Assembly: GCF_037042905.1 (NCBI RefSeq) | Contig: NC_087257.1 | Coordinates: 24,056,001 to 24,120,000 of the forward strand | Length of the DNA stretch: 64,000 nt | Direction of reading: 5' to 3' | DNA from: Lytechinus pictus | Lineage: Eukaryota | Shown: positions 1-14,800 of the stretch, piece after piece | How the letters are laid out: the number at the start of each line of letters is the position of its first letter | Position numbering within the stretch: position 1 is the stretch's first letter | The notes under the pieces: generated by a model | Database searches by the model: none | What the model was told of the DNA's origin: nothing | What the model saw: only the letters and a program-made list of their open reading frames with translations | Made by a program: the position numbers and the translations under genes

Positions 1-801
1 TAGGTATAGGCAAATGAACTGGTGCTTGACAAGAAACTTACCACTGTAATAAAGAAGAAATACTGGAGCAAAGTGTTAAGTTAACCAACCAATCAAATAT
101 ATTTATTAATTTTTGCACATCATCATGTGCTAATTATTGCTTTACATAACTACAAATGTGATCACATTTTCACTGTTGGCATTGATAAGAAATACTTTGA
201 CATAACATCAAGTCAGTGTGACATTTCAAAAGTGGAATGTGTTAACTCGTTAAGTCCAATTCACTATTTGGAAGGAATGATATTTTGTGACTCCATAAAC
301 TTTTAACCCTGAAGAGACAAAATATCCTTTTTTTTCTGAAAAAAGAAAGAAATTACAATAGCAGACCTCCTACCCCTTCATAACACAGAAATTTAGATAA
401 TTTTGCTCCAAAGATAACCTTACCAAAGATATAGATATAAGTGAAGTGAACTAAGAAAATCAGTACTTATTTTGAGATAATAATACAAATATGGTATCTT
501 CATCACTTTGGCAGTAATTTTTTTTATACATACAAAAAATAGATTTCTCAAACAATACAATTGTTCCTAAAATGTTTAACGAATTTTTATAAAGAAGTAC
601 CGGTATTTTGGATGAGAAAATTGCTCACAATGTACATGTAATGCATTGTAAATCAATATGGGAAGAATTTTCCCCCACAAAATAAATAAAACAAAAGGGT
701 ATAAAAATGGGTAAGATTCACTTGGTCTACAAGTACTTCGTCTAATTCTGAGACACTCTTATACTACATGGGCCAAACCCAATTAGTCGGCTAAACCCAG
801 T

Positions 802-1102
802 GGCCCGTATTCTGAACTCGGGTTTAAATTAAACACTGGTTTAAAGTTGTAGTTTAACTATGGAAAGCCAGTTGTTACATATATTTCTAACAGTAGAGGT
901 TCAATCAGCTCATTTGACTCCCAAAACATTAACTACCTGGGAAGGATAAGTATGACAGTCTTCACCATTAAAGAATTAGTAAAGACCACAGTAAACATAA
1001 GAAGCAATCACTGTAAACAAAATTTTGAAACGTCTGGCTTCTCATAATTTTAGCACAGAGTTAGACATGGTCTAAGTTAAACCCGACTTAAGAATACGGG
1101 CC
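802..1102. mobile_element. MITE, PIF/Harbinger-like termini
   Basis: TIR GGCCCGTATTCT...AGAATACGGGCC; a related degenerate copy lies at about 42890-43400. Confidence 0.7.
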
Positions 1103-2475
1103 AATTAGTCCAATACCCACTTAGTCAATTTGTCTACATATTATTTACCGCTTTAAAAAATTAAGATTGGGTACCTTAACAGTTCATTTAATCAGAGAGA
1201 CAAAGTAGTTGTACACCAACACCAAGTGGCAATTTACCCCAAAATGTACCAAAAATGAAAAAAATATTTATGTTACTGGCATGTGGTCAGAACAAGGATT
1301 AGAGGAAAGCCCTTCTCAACTAATGCATATGCCTGTAAAATATGAAGTCATTAACTTGATCTGTGCACCTTTTAAAGATGGGTTAACGTGGTGACATTTG
1401 TAATTCAGTGAGTGTTGCTTCCTCTTTGTGTATCTTGTTTTTAATTCTATCATATTCAATAACTGTGATTTTCTTCATTCTTCTGTGAATATTTTATTCT
1501 TAACTTTTATATACTTTCAATACCATTATATTGTGGCTGGTTATGAGGTGGAACTAAATTTTATCAAAAATTCTCGGTGGATTTTGACAAATACAAATAT
1601 TTTTGTAAGATGTACAAAATAATGACAATCACTTAACATTGTAATTTTCCCCCTATCTTTGCCAATAGATGGGGAAAAACCCAACATTTAGCTCTAGTTA
1701 ACAAGGAAGAAGTATTGAAATACAATCCCTTTCAGCTATCATTAAAACATTTCACTTAAATCTGTATCAGTGCATACAAAGGCTTGTGAATGGTACTTCA
1801 AAGGCTCAGGGAAAATTTTGCCGTGTTTTGGATTAATTTTATATTAACTTTAAACAAATGATATTTGTGAATTTCCACTGTCATGTTAACGATACAATAT
1901 TGCTACCATATGTACACAGGCTAAGTGTATTCCTGATAATTCATTTATTAACATTAAACATACATTCTTACCATTTGATATAATATTGATGCAAATAAAT
2001 TGTGAACATGAAATATATATATTTCAGATGATGTTTATTACTTTCTGTTCCTGAAATAAGTATGTTAACAGAGTGAAAGAATAATATGAGTGTGATGGCT
2101 ATTGTATATTTCTTACATTTGTAACGTATATAAACTTTATAAAGGTGGCACACACATGTAGTGATACAAATGATGACTAAAAAGAAAAATTCTTGTGTAA
2201 AAAGTTGTACACATCTTGTTGAGAATGGGATACAATTCAGCAGGTATATGTATTAATCTCCACTGTTTAAAATCACTGTACTGATAATCTGAAACACATT
2301 TCCACCAAGTACCCAAAATTGTACAAACCACAGGCAAATGAAATAAATAATCTAAAAACTGATTTCATCAAGTTTGATAGTAGAAAAAGTCAATCACCGC
2401 TGAAATGAATGTAAAACAAGCAAAGAAATCAGACATAACCTTAAGAGACTTAACAAAATAAAACAAATAGGCACA

Positions 2476-2894
2476 TTATAACTCATCTCTGTCTTGAAGC
2501 TGTGCTACTGTAGCATGCTCCTCGATAAATTCACTAAATTTTTCTACTGACCTATCGCCGCCTTCAAACTTGACAGGATTGTTCTTATCTGTTGCTTTTG
2601 AGAAATAAATTGTTGGAAATCCTGTGGTTGAGTACGCTGGATTTGATATATCATTGGCAGTAGCGTCCATCTTAGCGATGACTAGGTTCTTGGTGTTTGC
2701 ATATTTCTTGCCTAATTTCTTGTATTCCGGCTCTAATTTTTTACAATGTCCGCACCACGGTGCATAAAACTCAATAAGGACGTCTTTTGACTTATCCAGG
2801 ACGATTTTCTCGAATGTTTTCCCGACGACGGTCTTGACAGCTGCTTTGGATTTCTTTGGAATGGGCTGGGACTTGATGACAGGTTTTATGTCAC
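2476..2894 (-). CDS. PDIA4: PDIA4 exon 10 (a' domain, [14 protein letters not shown] stop)
   Basis: Lies within ORF 2476-2997; TAG acceptor at 2896-2895; ER-retrieval signal RDEL. Confidence 0.97.
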
Positions 2895-5800
2895 CTATGG
2901 AACAAATAACAGAAAGAGCAAGAATATCAACCTTCAGTTCATGCAACAATGAAATTTCACAAAACAGATCACGGCACAAATGAAAGGGTGAATCCAAAAT
3001 AAGGGCACATGATCTCTAGAAAAAAGAGAAAGCTAGGTCTATGGATGACATTGTGGGGTCGACATGGTCTAGTGGTTCTGACTCTCGTCTTTCAATCAGA
3101 GGGTCGTGGGTTCAAATCTCAGCCATGGCATGTTTTCTTATGCAAGAAATTTACCCACATTGTGCCGCACTCAGCCCAGGTGGGTGTTTCACAAAGCTGT
3201 TTGTAAGTTAAGAGCGACTTTTAGAATGACTGATGAACCTTTCTTACATGCTAAATAATAATCAATGAACATTTATTGGTGAATATCAGTTACCACAAGA
3301 AAGGTTCACCAGTCATTCTTAACTTACGAACAGCTTTATGAAATGGCCCCTTGGTGAGGTGAATGGTAACCTGGAGGCAGCTAGAGCTAAAGCCGGAGTA
3401 ATAAATCATAATAATAAGAATGCACCTCGGAACATTATTTCTACAGAGATGGCGGTATATAAATGCCTATTAATATCATTATCACTTTTTCTTTTTTATT
3501 TCATCTTAATGTGCCACTCAATGGCTAAAATTGGGTACCCAGTAAGATGTGAAAACAAATGTAGTATCTAGTACGCCTTGCATTTGAGTTTGAAACTCTG
3601 ATTGTAATACTCCCCAGGGAGTGGAGAAAGTACACACATTGTGTGCGGGCAAACCGGAACTCAATGACCAGGGTATTACTTAGAGAGTTCATTCCAGTGT
3701 ATAGATACTACATCAAAAGCAGAATATCGTTTATCATTATTACTTAATAGCAGTCTGTTTCAATTCAACTAGATTTTTAGGGTGGACTTGGCCTTTAAAA
3801 TATAACAATGCAATCAACCTTCCCTGCTAGCTCATTTACCTTCTACCACACACATCTAATTTTAAAACTATCTGGACCCCTGTGAAGGATATAAGTTTGT
3901 ACATACCATTCTGCCACGATCTGATAAAATCCCTGAGAACTTCTGATTCAAACTCATCCTCCGGTTCCAGTTTGTACTTCAGTCCATCAGCCCCAAATAT
4001 CCCAACGTTGATGTCCTCACCGCTGTCATCGAGCTCAAGCTGCTTCATCTCATTCGCAAATTCATCCTCATCGGCGATGGCAAAGAGGAGCTCATCAAAT
4101 TCCTTGTCTTTAGCAACCTCAACAATTTTTTGACGATAGATCTCAGTGGCTGTGACATCGGAAGAGAGTAAATAAAAATAAACGGTTAACTTTAGATCCA
4201 GGAGAAGTTTTGAAGCAAAGGAAACCATGTCAAAGATTGTATGTTATTTTGCGAGCATAATTTGACGCGAATGACGGGGGTCCATAGAAAGAATTTCATA
4301 GCACACAACTATTGCTTCTGTCTTTTGCAGTACTTCCTCTTTTCACCTCAAGTCTGACAAGCATTCTGCTAAACATGTTAGGTCATGTTCATCACAATCG
4401 TGAACACAATACAATTGGAACTCCCATATCTTTAAAAAAAAAAACCTAACAAATAACCAAAGAAATCCATCAACTTCTCTGAAAAGAAGTGTTTACAAAA
4501 GAAATAATAAAATTATTGAAAAATAAATGTATGATTTCATAGAATTGAACCCCCCAATGTGCGGTTTTTTTACGAGGTACATACATGTAAAAAGTTCATA
4601 CAAACAACTATTTACACACAAAATGGTCTACCAGATGCGTAATTTCAGACTACATGGATCTATTCTGCAATGGAGCCCAGTTTGGAAACCCATTTGAACT
4701 TAAATGATTTAGACCTTTTCTTATCTTATCATTAATTGTTTTTTATAGTAAAAAAATAAAATTTAAATCTTTCATCCTCCTTACCAACTCTGTGATCAAA
4801 ACTCCAATCCACCGAGTAGAAAGCCAACAGTAGAGGGCGGTCCGTGTAACGCTTTTCTCGATTCGCTTTTGTCATCTGGCCTACCAGTGGGACGTCGTGC
4901 TCTTTGTAGAAATTCTCAAGGTCTTTGACACTACCATCAGCCTGCAGGATAGAAACAATACAAACAAGAGTGTTGTGCTAAGTAGTTTCAAGTACAATGT
5001 ACTAGTATAACTCTGGTGTTGGTGTGACAGGTGTAACGATATCACCAAAGGTGTGCATTGGAAGACATCAAATACAGTGTTCAGTGGAGGTGTTAGTGTT
5101 ACAGAGGTAGTAATACCAACAAGGGTGCCTAGAATGTCACTATTAAGTTTAGTTACGAGTCACATCCAAGGGTTTTGGGGGGGGTTCAAAGATATTTCAA
5201 ACTGTGTTTTGCTCTACACATGTTTGAAAGTGCTAAATCTGTATGCCACCCCCTCAAACTTGAGCTTAAATATATGCAAAAAGACACAGGTCTTGTAATG
5301 CTCCTTTTTTCTATTTACCCTGTGTGAGCACAAGTCTACAGGTATCGTACTAAGACCTTTAACTGTATTTGGTCTAAACACGAGCAAGAATATTTATTTC
5401 TGGCCCCCAAATTTCAGCACAGCATGTATACATGCTAAGTAACACCTTTTTCCTACTTACCTGTGAGAACACTTGTCTCCATGGCTCATACTTGGATCTG
5501 AAACGCTCTGGAAGGAACACAAGGACCGATGGAGCGTTGACCTTATAACTATCTCGGGATTCCTGATCAAAGACATGGGCAAACCTGTAATCATCCCTCA
5601 GTCCGTTGCCTTAGATGAACAAAAAAAAGAGAAGAATTTTAAGATGAGTTAGAACCAGTGGCGTACCTAGGATTTTCCAGGATTTTCGTCAGGGGGGGCA
5701 AAAAGGTCTTTCAAGCTCGTCAGGGGGGGGGGGGCAGGGATACATGCATGGGTGGTGGCTTTGCATGGGTGGTGGCTCGTCAAGGGGGCAGACTGCCCCT

Positions 5801-8800
5801 CTGCCCCCCCCCCCCCCCCCCCCCCCCCCCGTAGGTACGCTAGTGGTTAGAACTAAAAAAAAACACTGCATAATAAACATGATTGAAGCTGCAAGAATTG
5901 AATAAATGGATAACAATCTTTTACTTTAAAATCATTTTAAGGTGAATAATCATCCCAAGGTATTATCATCAATGTTTACACACACCTACAAGGGACATTA
6001 GTTTGACATTCTTTGTACATGCTAGTAACCGTGTGGGAAGAGAGTTATCAACAGTGTGCTGCACCCAACCCAGGTGAGGTGCATAGGTTCCCGGCAGGAT
6101 TAATTCTTTGAATGAACATGGTGCTGGAAACAACAGCTGGAACAAAAGCCAGGGTAATATATAGAGCGCCACTGAATAGGCAACTAAACAACTGGTGCCC
6201 CATAAATGATATTATACAAATATACCGGGTTTGAAAAAGTATAGTGGAAATATTTTATCCGAGGTTGGTTTGGCAATTACTTCCTCTATATTTTCAAAAG
6301 AAACGCCCGGTATATTTGTTTTATATCCCTTCCATATTAAATTTTGAATTAAAAATATTGGTAATCTAATCCTTATTGACCAATCTCCATGATCTGGACA
6401 AAATGCAGATCAGCTTAGCTCTTATTTATGAAATATTGGCTAGCCGGTTCAGTGAATAGACTGCGCGCGGCTACCCCCGGCTCCCAAGCATCACTCAGGG
6501 TGGTTTGGCTTTACTGTGATCGATCTTCTAATAATTCCACTTGCCGGTTGTAAAGGTTGTGAACTAACCCTGCTGACCTAAAATCAAGCAGCCCAAATCT
6601 TTTGATGATTGAATGATGGTCATCATTAATTTTATTTTCAGCATACAGATTCATTATACACAAGCAAGTCGCAATTTCACATTGACATTTAGTTATCAGC
6701 GAGTTTTTGATTCAGCTAGCATAATGCATTATTACCTGTGCTGATTGCGCTGCGCTCAGGGGACCCATGATAAAGCATCCGTGATGTCCCATCACTAGAC
6801 TTGCCCAGTGGAGGCAGCACATCGTGCCCTGTGCCCGAGTGATTGTGTGGTTTTCAGTCAGACACAAAATAGTAAAAAAAAACTATTCTACTCTGACATC
6901 ACGATGTATTTTGATTTCTGATGAATTTCATTTTTCTGGTGATATTATGATTAGACACGTTAAAAGACCCTCGGCCGATTAAAAAGCAACAAATTTTCAG
7001 TATTAAGGGATATAAATATTATTATCAATAAAGAGGTAATGTTTGGTAGCAAGCCCTGATCTAGTATGGACTTATTATATTTGAAACCTGCCTTATCCTT
7101 GATTGATCTCGGGTCTTCTACCTGATATAAGAAATTCATAACATAAATCAAATATTGGGACTAAGCCCGAGTCATATCGATTATTTTGAAAACCGGTGTT
7201 CGACAGCTTTAATTCGATCGAACATCGATGCATCGAATGTTGAAGGTGGAGAAAATCGAGTCAATTTTATTTTGCTCCGGCCGTCGCGTCGATGCGCTAT
7301 GCACACACTGCACTAGCACCAACGACGGAGCAAAGTTCGTTTGTATTTTCCATGATCACAAAACACAAAAAAAGCCAGGGAACAAAGCAGAATTCTTCCC
7401 AAAATATCTTCAACAATGATATTTGCAGATGACAACAGTTAAGTTTAAAATGAAACAATATTAAAGACATGAATCACGCAGAGTCGATCCGAATGATTTT
7501 CGGTCAACTAGCATTCGCAGTCCAGACTCGCACACACCAAGCCATCCCGTCCGCAGCCCCGTACCGTACACTCACTCTCCCGAAACGACAGGCGTGCTTG
7601 CCAGCCAGCAAACAAGTGCACCCAGCGGAGAGCACTGTAACTTGCCTGAGATCGTGTAGTTGGATCCAAAATGAGCTCCAAATTGATGAGAATAAATATA
7701 ATAAGTAATTTTCTCTGGATGGTCATTTGAATTGGTATTTAATGCTGATATAACGATTGTGAGGAAAGATTGTGGAATATGAGTTATGACGATGTTCGAG
7801 AATTAATCCTGATATGATAATCCTTTTTTTTATTGTAGACACAAGAGCATGTGATCGAAATAAATACGAATGTCTCGGATCGAGCTCTGAATTCATATAA
7901 ATTATTATTGGATGTTAAATAATTACGATTTAATAAGATTTTATGGCCATACTAAAAAATATTGACGATGTTAGCAAAGTATGTTTATGTTCATATGGAA
8001 GTATTAAAACTCATTATTTTTATTTTTATTCAATCAAGACATCTCCGCAAAAAGAAGCACAATGCGCGTTCAATGACGTATGACATATTTTCCATTCATG
8101 AAATCAGAGCCCAAAGTTGGGCACAAAGAAGCTTCAAATTGATGGAAAAAAAATATCAAACGCAATTTTCTCTGTTTTGTCATGTAAAATGTTATTATAT
8201 GGTGATATTACGATATTGAAAAGGGTTTCTGCATGTTGACAATGTTCGAGAATCAATCCTGACGTGATAATTTTTTTTTAGACAAGTAGACAAGTGCACT
8301 CACTCTTGAAAGTCGATCGTCATGTGATGTCCGTCATTGAAAATTGAAACGAAATACAAACGTTTCATATTCACGCTCTAAATGCATATTAATGATTATC
8401 TTATGCAAATTATTGTTAAAAATTACATTAAATATTATTCTATGGTCATTACAATATTGTTCATGAATGCAAGGTATATTTTATGTTGATCGCGTCAATT
8501 TCCCGGCAATTTTCTGGTTTGATTAAAGCACAGTACTGCGCATGCACGATCGATGGCGATGACTTTCATTTTGGGGAATATAAATCAAGTAAGTAGTAGT
8601 CAAGTTGGACATTACTGTTTATTTTGATGAATGTGTGAACCAAACGAATCGGCCGGTTGACCATTTTTTTTCTTCGATGCACCGATTTTGCAAAATCTGC
8701 ACCGGTGCTAGATGACATAGATCATCGATTCGACTCAGGCTTAAAGGTAAATGCTAGCTTTGGTAACGATATCAAAATGAGTTCGTACAGAATCCAATGA

Positions 8801-11800
8801 AATGACCACCAAAGTGTCTGTTTGTATAAATAAAACGCATGTGCCAAAGGATTCTGGAAGAAATTGTGTAATTGCTGAGAAATCAACAAATAAGCACAGG
8901 ATTCGGGTAGAGCGTCGGGCCTGACGCTCAAAGCAATAATTATACACTGTCCCACGTGCGCTTATCTGTGTTGGGGAAGTTCAGTCTGAACATTTTTCAG
9001 CGTAGATTTCAAGATTTCACAAAGTTCAGTTTATGTAACTGTACCAGATCTAGATCCTCGATGATATACTGACAATTAAGCCTGGTTTTACAGACTTTCT
9101 CATGAAATCATTGTTTACTGCAACTACTGGAATTTCTCTTTAATTGGGACATTGTGATCTGGTGGACTCTTAACCTTCAACCACAGGGTCATGGATACAA
9201 ATCCCAGCAATGTTGTGTTTCTTTCAGCAACAAATTCACCCACATTGTGCTGCACTCAACACTGAATGCACCAAGCTCTGGAAACAGCAGTTGAAGCCAA
9301 CAGGGTAATGAATGGTGCAGCTTTGAATAGGCAACTAGCCAAACAGTGCTTTATGACTGCTCTATCATTACCCCATTGGAGACCGAGCCGGCGTGTATGC
9401 GGGTTTGATTCTATGGAAAATATGTGTTATAGCAAAATCATTCAGTCTCCAAAGTGTTAATGGGTCTTCATTAGTCTTTAGACTCACCTGCATCGAGATA
9501 TGTAGTGTAGAGAGCATCTTGATCATTGTTGAAGAAACCAACAATGCTGACATCATCCTGATGAGCAAGGAACTCTCGAAGAGCTTTCACAGAGCCAAGG
9601 AGCTGAGAACTGTCACCAACTTGTTTCTTCATGTACTGGATAATACCTGAAAAAAAAGGGTGAATATTGATGTCTTTTAACAGTAATAATATACATAGGA
9701 TATGTCACAATCATAGGATATGTAAGAGGCAAAGGTATTCAAGAAAATTATTCTTCTAGTAACAATCACAAACTGAATTCTAACATTACAAAAGGTGTCA
9801 ACTTAGTGTTTTAATGCACATAGTATTCATGGGCTAAAAGCTGGAGGGTTGTGGGTCCAAATCTCAGCCATACTGTACCAAAGTTAAAGACTGAACCTGC
9901 ATATATTTAGCTGGAGTCTATGGAAAACACGTGTTAAAGCTAAATCATTTAGTCAGATTAATCATCCAGGTTCAGTCCTTGAAACGCTAGTATGCCTGGA
10001 TGGCACCATGCAATTCCCAGTAATAACAACAATTCCCACCTTAAGCACTCTTTAGAGTGGACCCAGGCACCTAGTAAATCATATTTCCATTATTTAGTGA
10101 AAGAGATTTGAGTTTGTGTATACCTTTTGATTCTCTGGGTCCACTGAATTCAAAATCTTTGCCCTTCCTGAAGATTTTGAGTGTCGGATATCCGCTCACA
10201 TCGTACCTGGTGGCCAGGTCACTCTCTGCAGTGGCATCTACTTTCGCTATAGGGATGGGTGGATTGTTGTTCTGGAGGGCTTGGGCAGCCGATTCCAATT
10301 CTGGGGCAAGCCTCTTGCAGTGTCCGCACCTAGAGGTGATGTGAAACAGACAGACGAGTTTGAAAATCTGTTTGCTCCAGCTTGAAAGTATTTTAGAAAT
10401 ATGTTTCAATGCAACATTGTAATCTCATAAATAACCTGTGCAAGAATATCCACATATTGAAGTTAGCTGTACCAAAGTCACCATTAGAATCCTATGTCTA
10501 GTCCTTCTTCCCTTGGAATATTTGGATATATATGTTACTACATGTAGTTACCTGGCAAAATTTGCAGTCTCTTTTTTGAGTGGTGAAAACAAAGCTTGTT
10601 CACCATAAGACCTCTGCAAACCCTATTCCTTATTTCATTTGAGTTTTGCTCTTTGGGGCTGCACAAGGTATTATCTAATATCAAGCAAGTATTTGATAGT
10701 GATGTTTTTCATGGAGTGACTGCTATCCAATTTTGTCTAGTTCTTTGAAAAATAGAATGAGTTTAAATGCATAGTCTTCAAACTAAATGGATATATGTAT
10801 ACAGTTGTAATCTGCATTGCAAAACGTCCTTGCAGATTTTATCAAGTTAATGTTAATTCCAGAGTTGACAATCCATGGAGACCTACTTACCATGGAGCAT
10901 AGAATTCAACCAGAATGAGGTCTGCTTCGTTGACAGTATCATCAAAGTTTTCTGAAGTCAGGGTAAGAACAGCTTCTGGAGGCGGGGTCCAATTAGGATC
11001 AGATTCCTTCTTCATATATTGCACAATACCTAGAAAAGAGTGTCGGTTTAATCCCTTTTAAAAATTATTTGCATAAATTTAGACCCAAGTTATGCTACTG
11101 TTGCTAAAAACTGGCCCATCCAAAAATATTAATTGGGGGAATTATTACAAGGATCATCAGAATCATCAGAAAAAAACTTGGCATACTTAACATATTGTTG
11201 CTATCTTTTAGTACGATTTAGGAACCATCTGGATCTGCAATCCAGCACCTTGCTACCCAATGTACATGTTACTTGGAAGAGAAACTCTAGATTTGCAGCT
11301 GCAGAGCTTAGAAGTGGAACTCCATCCAGAAAAATGAAGGGGAAAAAAAACCTAACTATTGCACAATAACAAACAAAAATGAGGGGGCTAAAATAGAGCG
11401 GTAAGACCAATTCTAATAGGTCAACATATCTATTTGGTTACAAAAATGACACATAAATGACTTCATAGTGCTTTCTTGTGAATGATGCCCTACATCTTTG
11501 AAGATCAGCAGGGGGAAATGTGAACAAAAAAAGAATCCTGAAGAAGGAAACGGAATACAGGAATAAAACAAATATACAATGCTACGGGGGGTCTTACCAT
11601 CCTTTTCTCTTGGTCCGTCATAGGCAAAAGGTTTGCCCTTCCTGAAGATCTTCAAGGTCGGGTACCCGGTGACCTCGAAGCGAGAAGCCAGCTCTGAACT
11701 CTCTGTAGCATCCACCTTGGCAAAGGGTACAGGTGGAGTACCAGATTTCATTTCAAGGGCAGCAGCAGCATACTCTGGGGCCAACCTCTTGCAATGACCA

Positions 11801-14800
11801 CACCTAGAGAAAAACAATCAATGAATCAAGTTGTCAATTTTGTAATTGAGCATTGATATTTCAATCAAGTCTTGTTTGAGCATATTAACATTTTAACCGA
11901 CCAGTAGAAAGTCAAGACAAAATCTAGTACAGAGAGGTTAATTCTTTTCCTCAATCAATCTTAATGAAGATGATTAATAAACAAGCAATGCATGGACAAA
12001 TGAGGTGTTCTTTGGAAAGATATCTGTTGGTTACAGGAATTGTACAAAGGGGTCTATAAACAAAATATAATAACTGATTATATTCAGCAATTCTCATGAC
12101 TGATGTCATTAGTGTATGTGTCATAACTAATTAAAATCAATCAATAACCAAACTTTTTTCTGGCAAGATTTCTATTAAACTGACTGTACTGACATAACAT
12201 TTACATTACATTACTTTTCTCATCAATTGTCATACCGTAAGATTTTTATATGAATAATTGATTAACAGCAACACCTAAAAAAGAATTGCTTTGAATGAGA
12301 CTTCAAAATGAAGCTTTAAGCAAAATCTGACTTACCATGGAGCATAAAATTCCACAAGAATGATGTCCGCATCATTTACAACGTCGTCAAAATTGTCAGC
12401 ATTCAATACAAGGACATCATCTTCTTCCTCAACATCAAATGCCTCCTTCTCTGGTTCTTCAACATTGGCATCTAAGATAGACAGAGGAATTTAAGCTTTA
12501 CACTTTGCTTTGCATCTGATCACAAGTCACTTGGAATTAAATTCTTTTAATTGGTGAGCTGTGACACTATCTATTTATATTCTGGTAAAATTTCATTTCA
12601 CATTGTTACATCTACGGTGTATTAGGAAAATCTCTAGAAGAATTACGGACTAAGTAGAAAAAAAAAAGATTTTGCTCTCAAATTAAGTCAATTTTTATGA
12701 TTGAAATCATAAAACTTTAAAATGCAAAAGGTTCTCATACACACCAGAAAGGTTTTGACCCTAAATTTTCTCACTTTACAAGAGAATCCAAACCATACAA
12801 AAGATTAGAAAAAAAAGGACTCGACCGAGATCTCCATGTACACATAATTTTTTCTCCACTTTTCGGTACAAAAGTTTGGTGTGTAACGTATGCTTACTCT
12901 CCATGTGCGTCTGTAACGTTGGCGAAGAACAATGAGAAACAAGATGGCGGCGTAAACATCGGGCAAGTCTCCCCCTTCTTTTCATAATATTTTTCTCATT
13001 TTTCAAAATTCTTGTTTAAAAATTAAATCGATAGCATAGAAATGTTGGAAATGAAGTTGTATCCCATTTATATGATTTAGGGCTAAATTTTTTAGAAGTA
13101 GAAATCTCGGGGGCGAAAGTTTCAGGTTTTTTGGCGGTACAAGCAGATGAATGGGATGGAATTCCTGGCTCCGTTGAGAGTAAGCATACGTTTAGTAAAT
13201 GATTTTTACTCTCTCTGATAGATATCATGAAATATGTTATTTATCCGCCGATGCAACTATTTTATGATTCATGATATTTATTGGCCGATGGAAGTATATT
13301 TTTTTTAAATTGAAACTGGCACTGCTCATGATATTGTCGCCTTCTATACGCATCTTGTAGCTATAGGCTACGATAACAAAGACAGCAAAATGGCGACAAT
13401 AACATCTGTATCTGCTCATCTTCTTACATTATTTTTCTTCATTTTGACATTATTTTTCATGTAAAAAGAAGTTTATTATAATGGGGGGAAATGAAGTTGT
13501 AGCCCATTTACATAAGTTTTGGATCAAAACCTTGAAGAAAACAAGTATTTTGGAGCAACATTGTTGTCTCCAAAATACTCAGTGTGTGTGGGCCTATGCC
13601 ATCTCGTCCCAGGCTCCATGGAGATTAAGCCTACGTCAGTAAATGACTTTTACTCTCCAGGCTATTCTAAACTAGATCCAGTCCAGGGAGTCGAGGCTGA
13701 CGATCAGCGAACACTGAGCTGGGGTCCGGTCCAGAGCTCAGAAATCAGGGTCCCATTAATTTAATACTTGATGTAGTAATCCCTTTGGCAGCTCATACAG
13801 AAGCTTTACTGGCAACTGGGATGAGCTCTGGTGAGTAGCAAAAACGAGTTTCAGGCAACACTCAGTTCTGAATCTTCTGAAGTTCTGTGCCAACAATGTC
13901 ATGAGACATGACAATGTTTTATACCGACCTTTGAAAAATCCACTGTGAAAGCACGTTCGTAGTGCCAGGTTAGTATAGATCCAGCTATCCTCGCAATAGG
14001 TGTGAGTGGGATTTCAGTAGCTTTGAACTGTTATTGCAAATTTGGAAAGAGTTCCGTATGCACCCCCCACCAAAAATAACAAAAGATTGTTGAAACATCC
14101 GGTTCGTTCACCTCAGATTTTCCTATCATTTTTTTGTTTACTGTTGCTTACCTCAGTTAAGACTCAAACTTGACTCGTTTTATCTGCAGTGCAGTCAAGA
14201 CCTCTTCCCGCTAGCCTATAGCCGCCCTAGGCCTAACGTTAGATAGGTGCTGCTAGTGTATTGCTAGTGAGAAGCGCTGATACGGAAGGGGTATTTTAAA
14301 GATTATGTTATATTTCCACTCCCCCATCAAGCCTCAACTTCAAGTCAAGGCATCGCCGTAGGCGTAGCCTAGGCGTACTGTATGATGGGGTGTCCAAACT
14401 TCGCGCACTTTTCAAAAATATTCATCAGGCTTAAATTTTTTCACAAAATATTCATAATATATACAAAACCAAGTCAAGAAATAGTTACCACATTGACGGC
14501 AAGATCGTAAACTATAAAATCATGGACGAAAATGTAAAGTAGGTCAAGGGGATTCGCCGGTATCGCGATCTCAAAATTCTATTCCGATCGGCAAATGCGC
14601 GCTGTGCTGGAAAAACGTTCAAAAAAGTGTGACCTAACTTCGCGGACCAAAGTTTTTGTGGACATTTAAACAAAAGCTCAAGCTCAAAAAGTGAAATATT
14701 TATATCAGATTGATGGCAAAATGCTATAGAATCGGTTAGTACCACATTTAACTCACATTTTTGATGATTTCTGCTTGCAAAATGGTGATATCGTGATGCT

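Noticed and set aside
3055-3130. tRNA-like sequence with A and B boxes
   Set aside because: It lacks a good cloverleaf and continues into a repeated SINE body, so it is not a tRNA gene.
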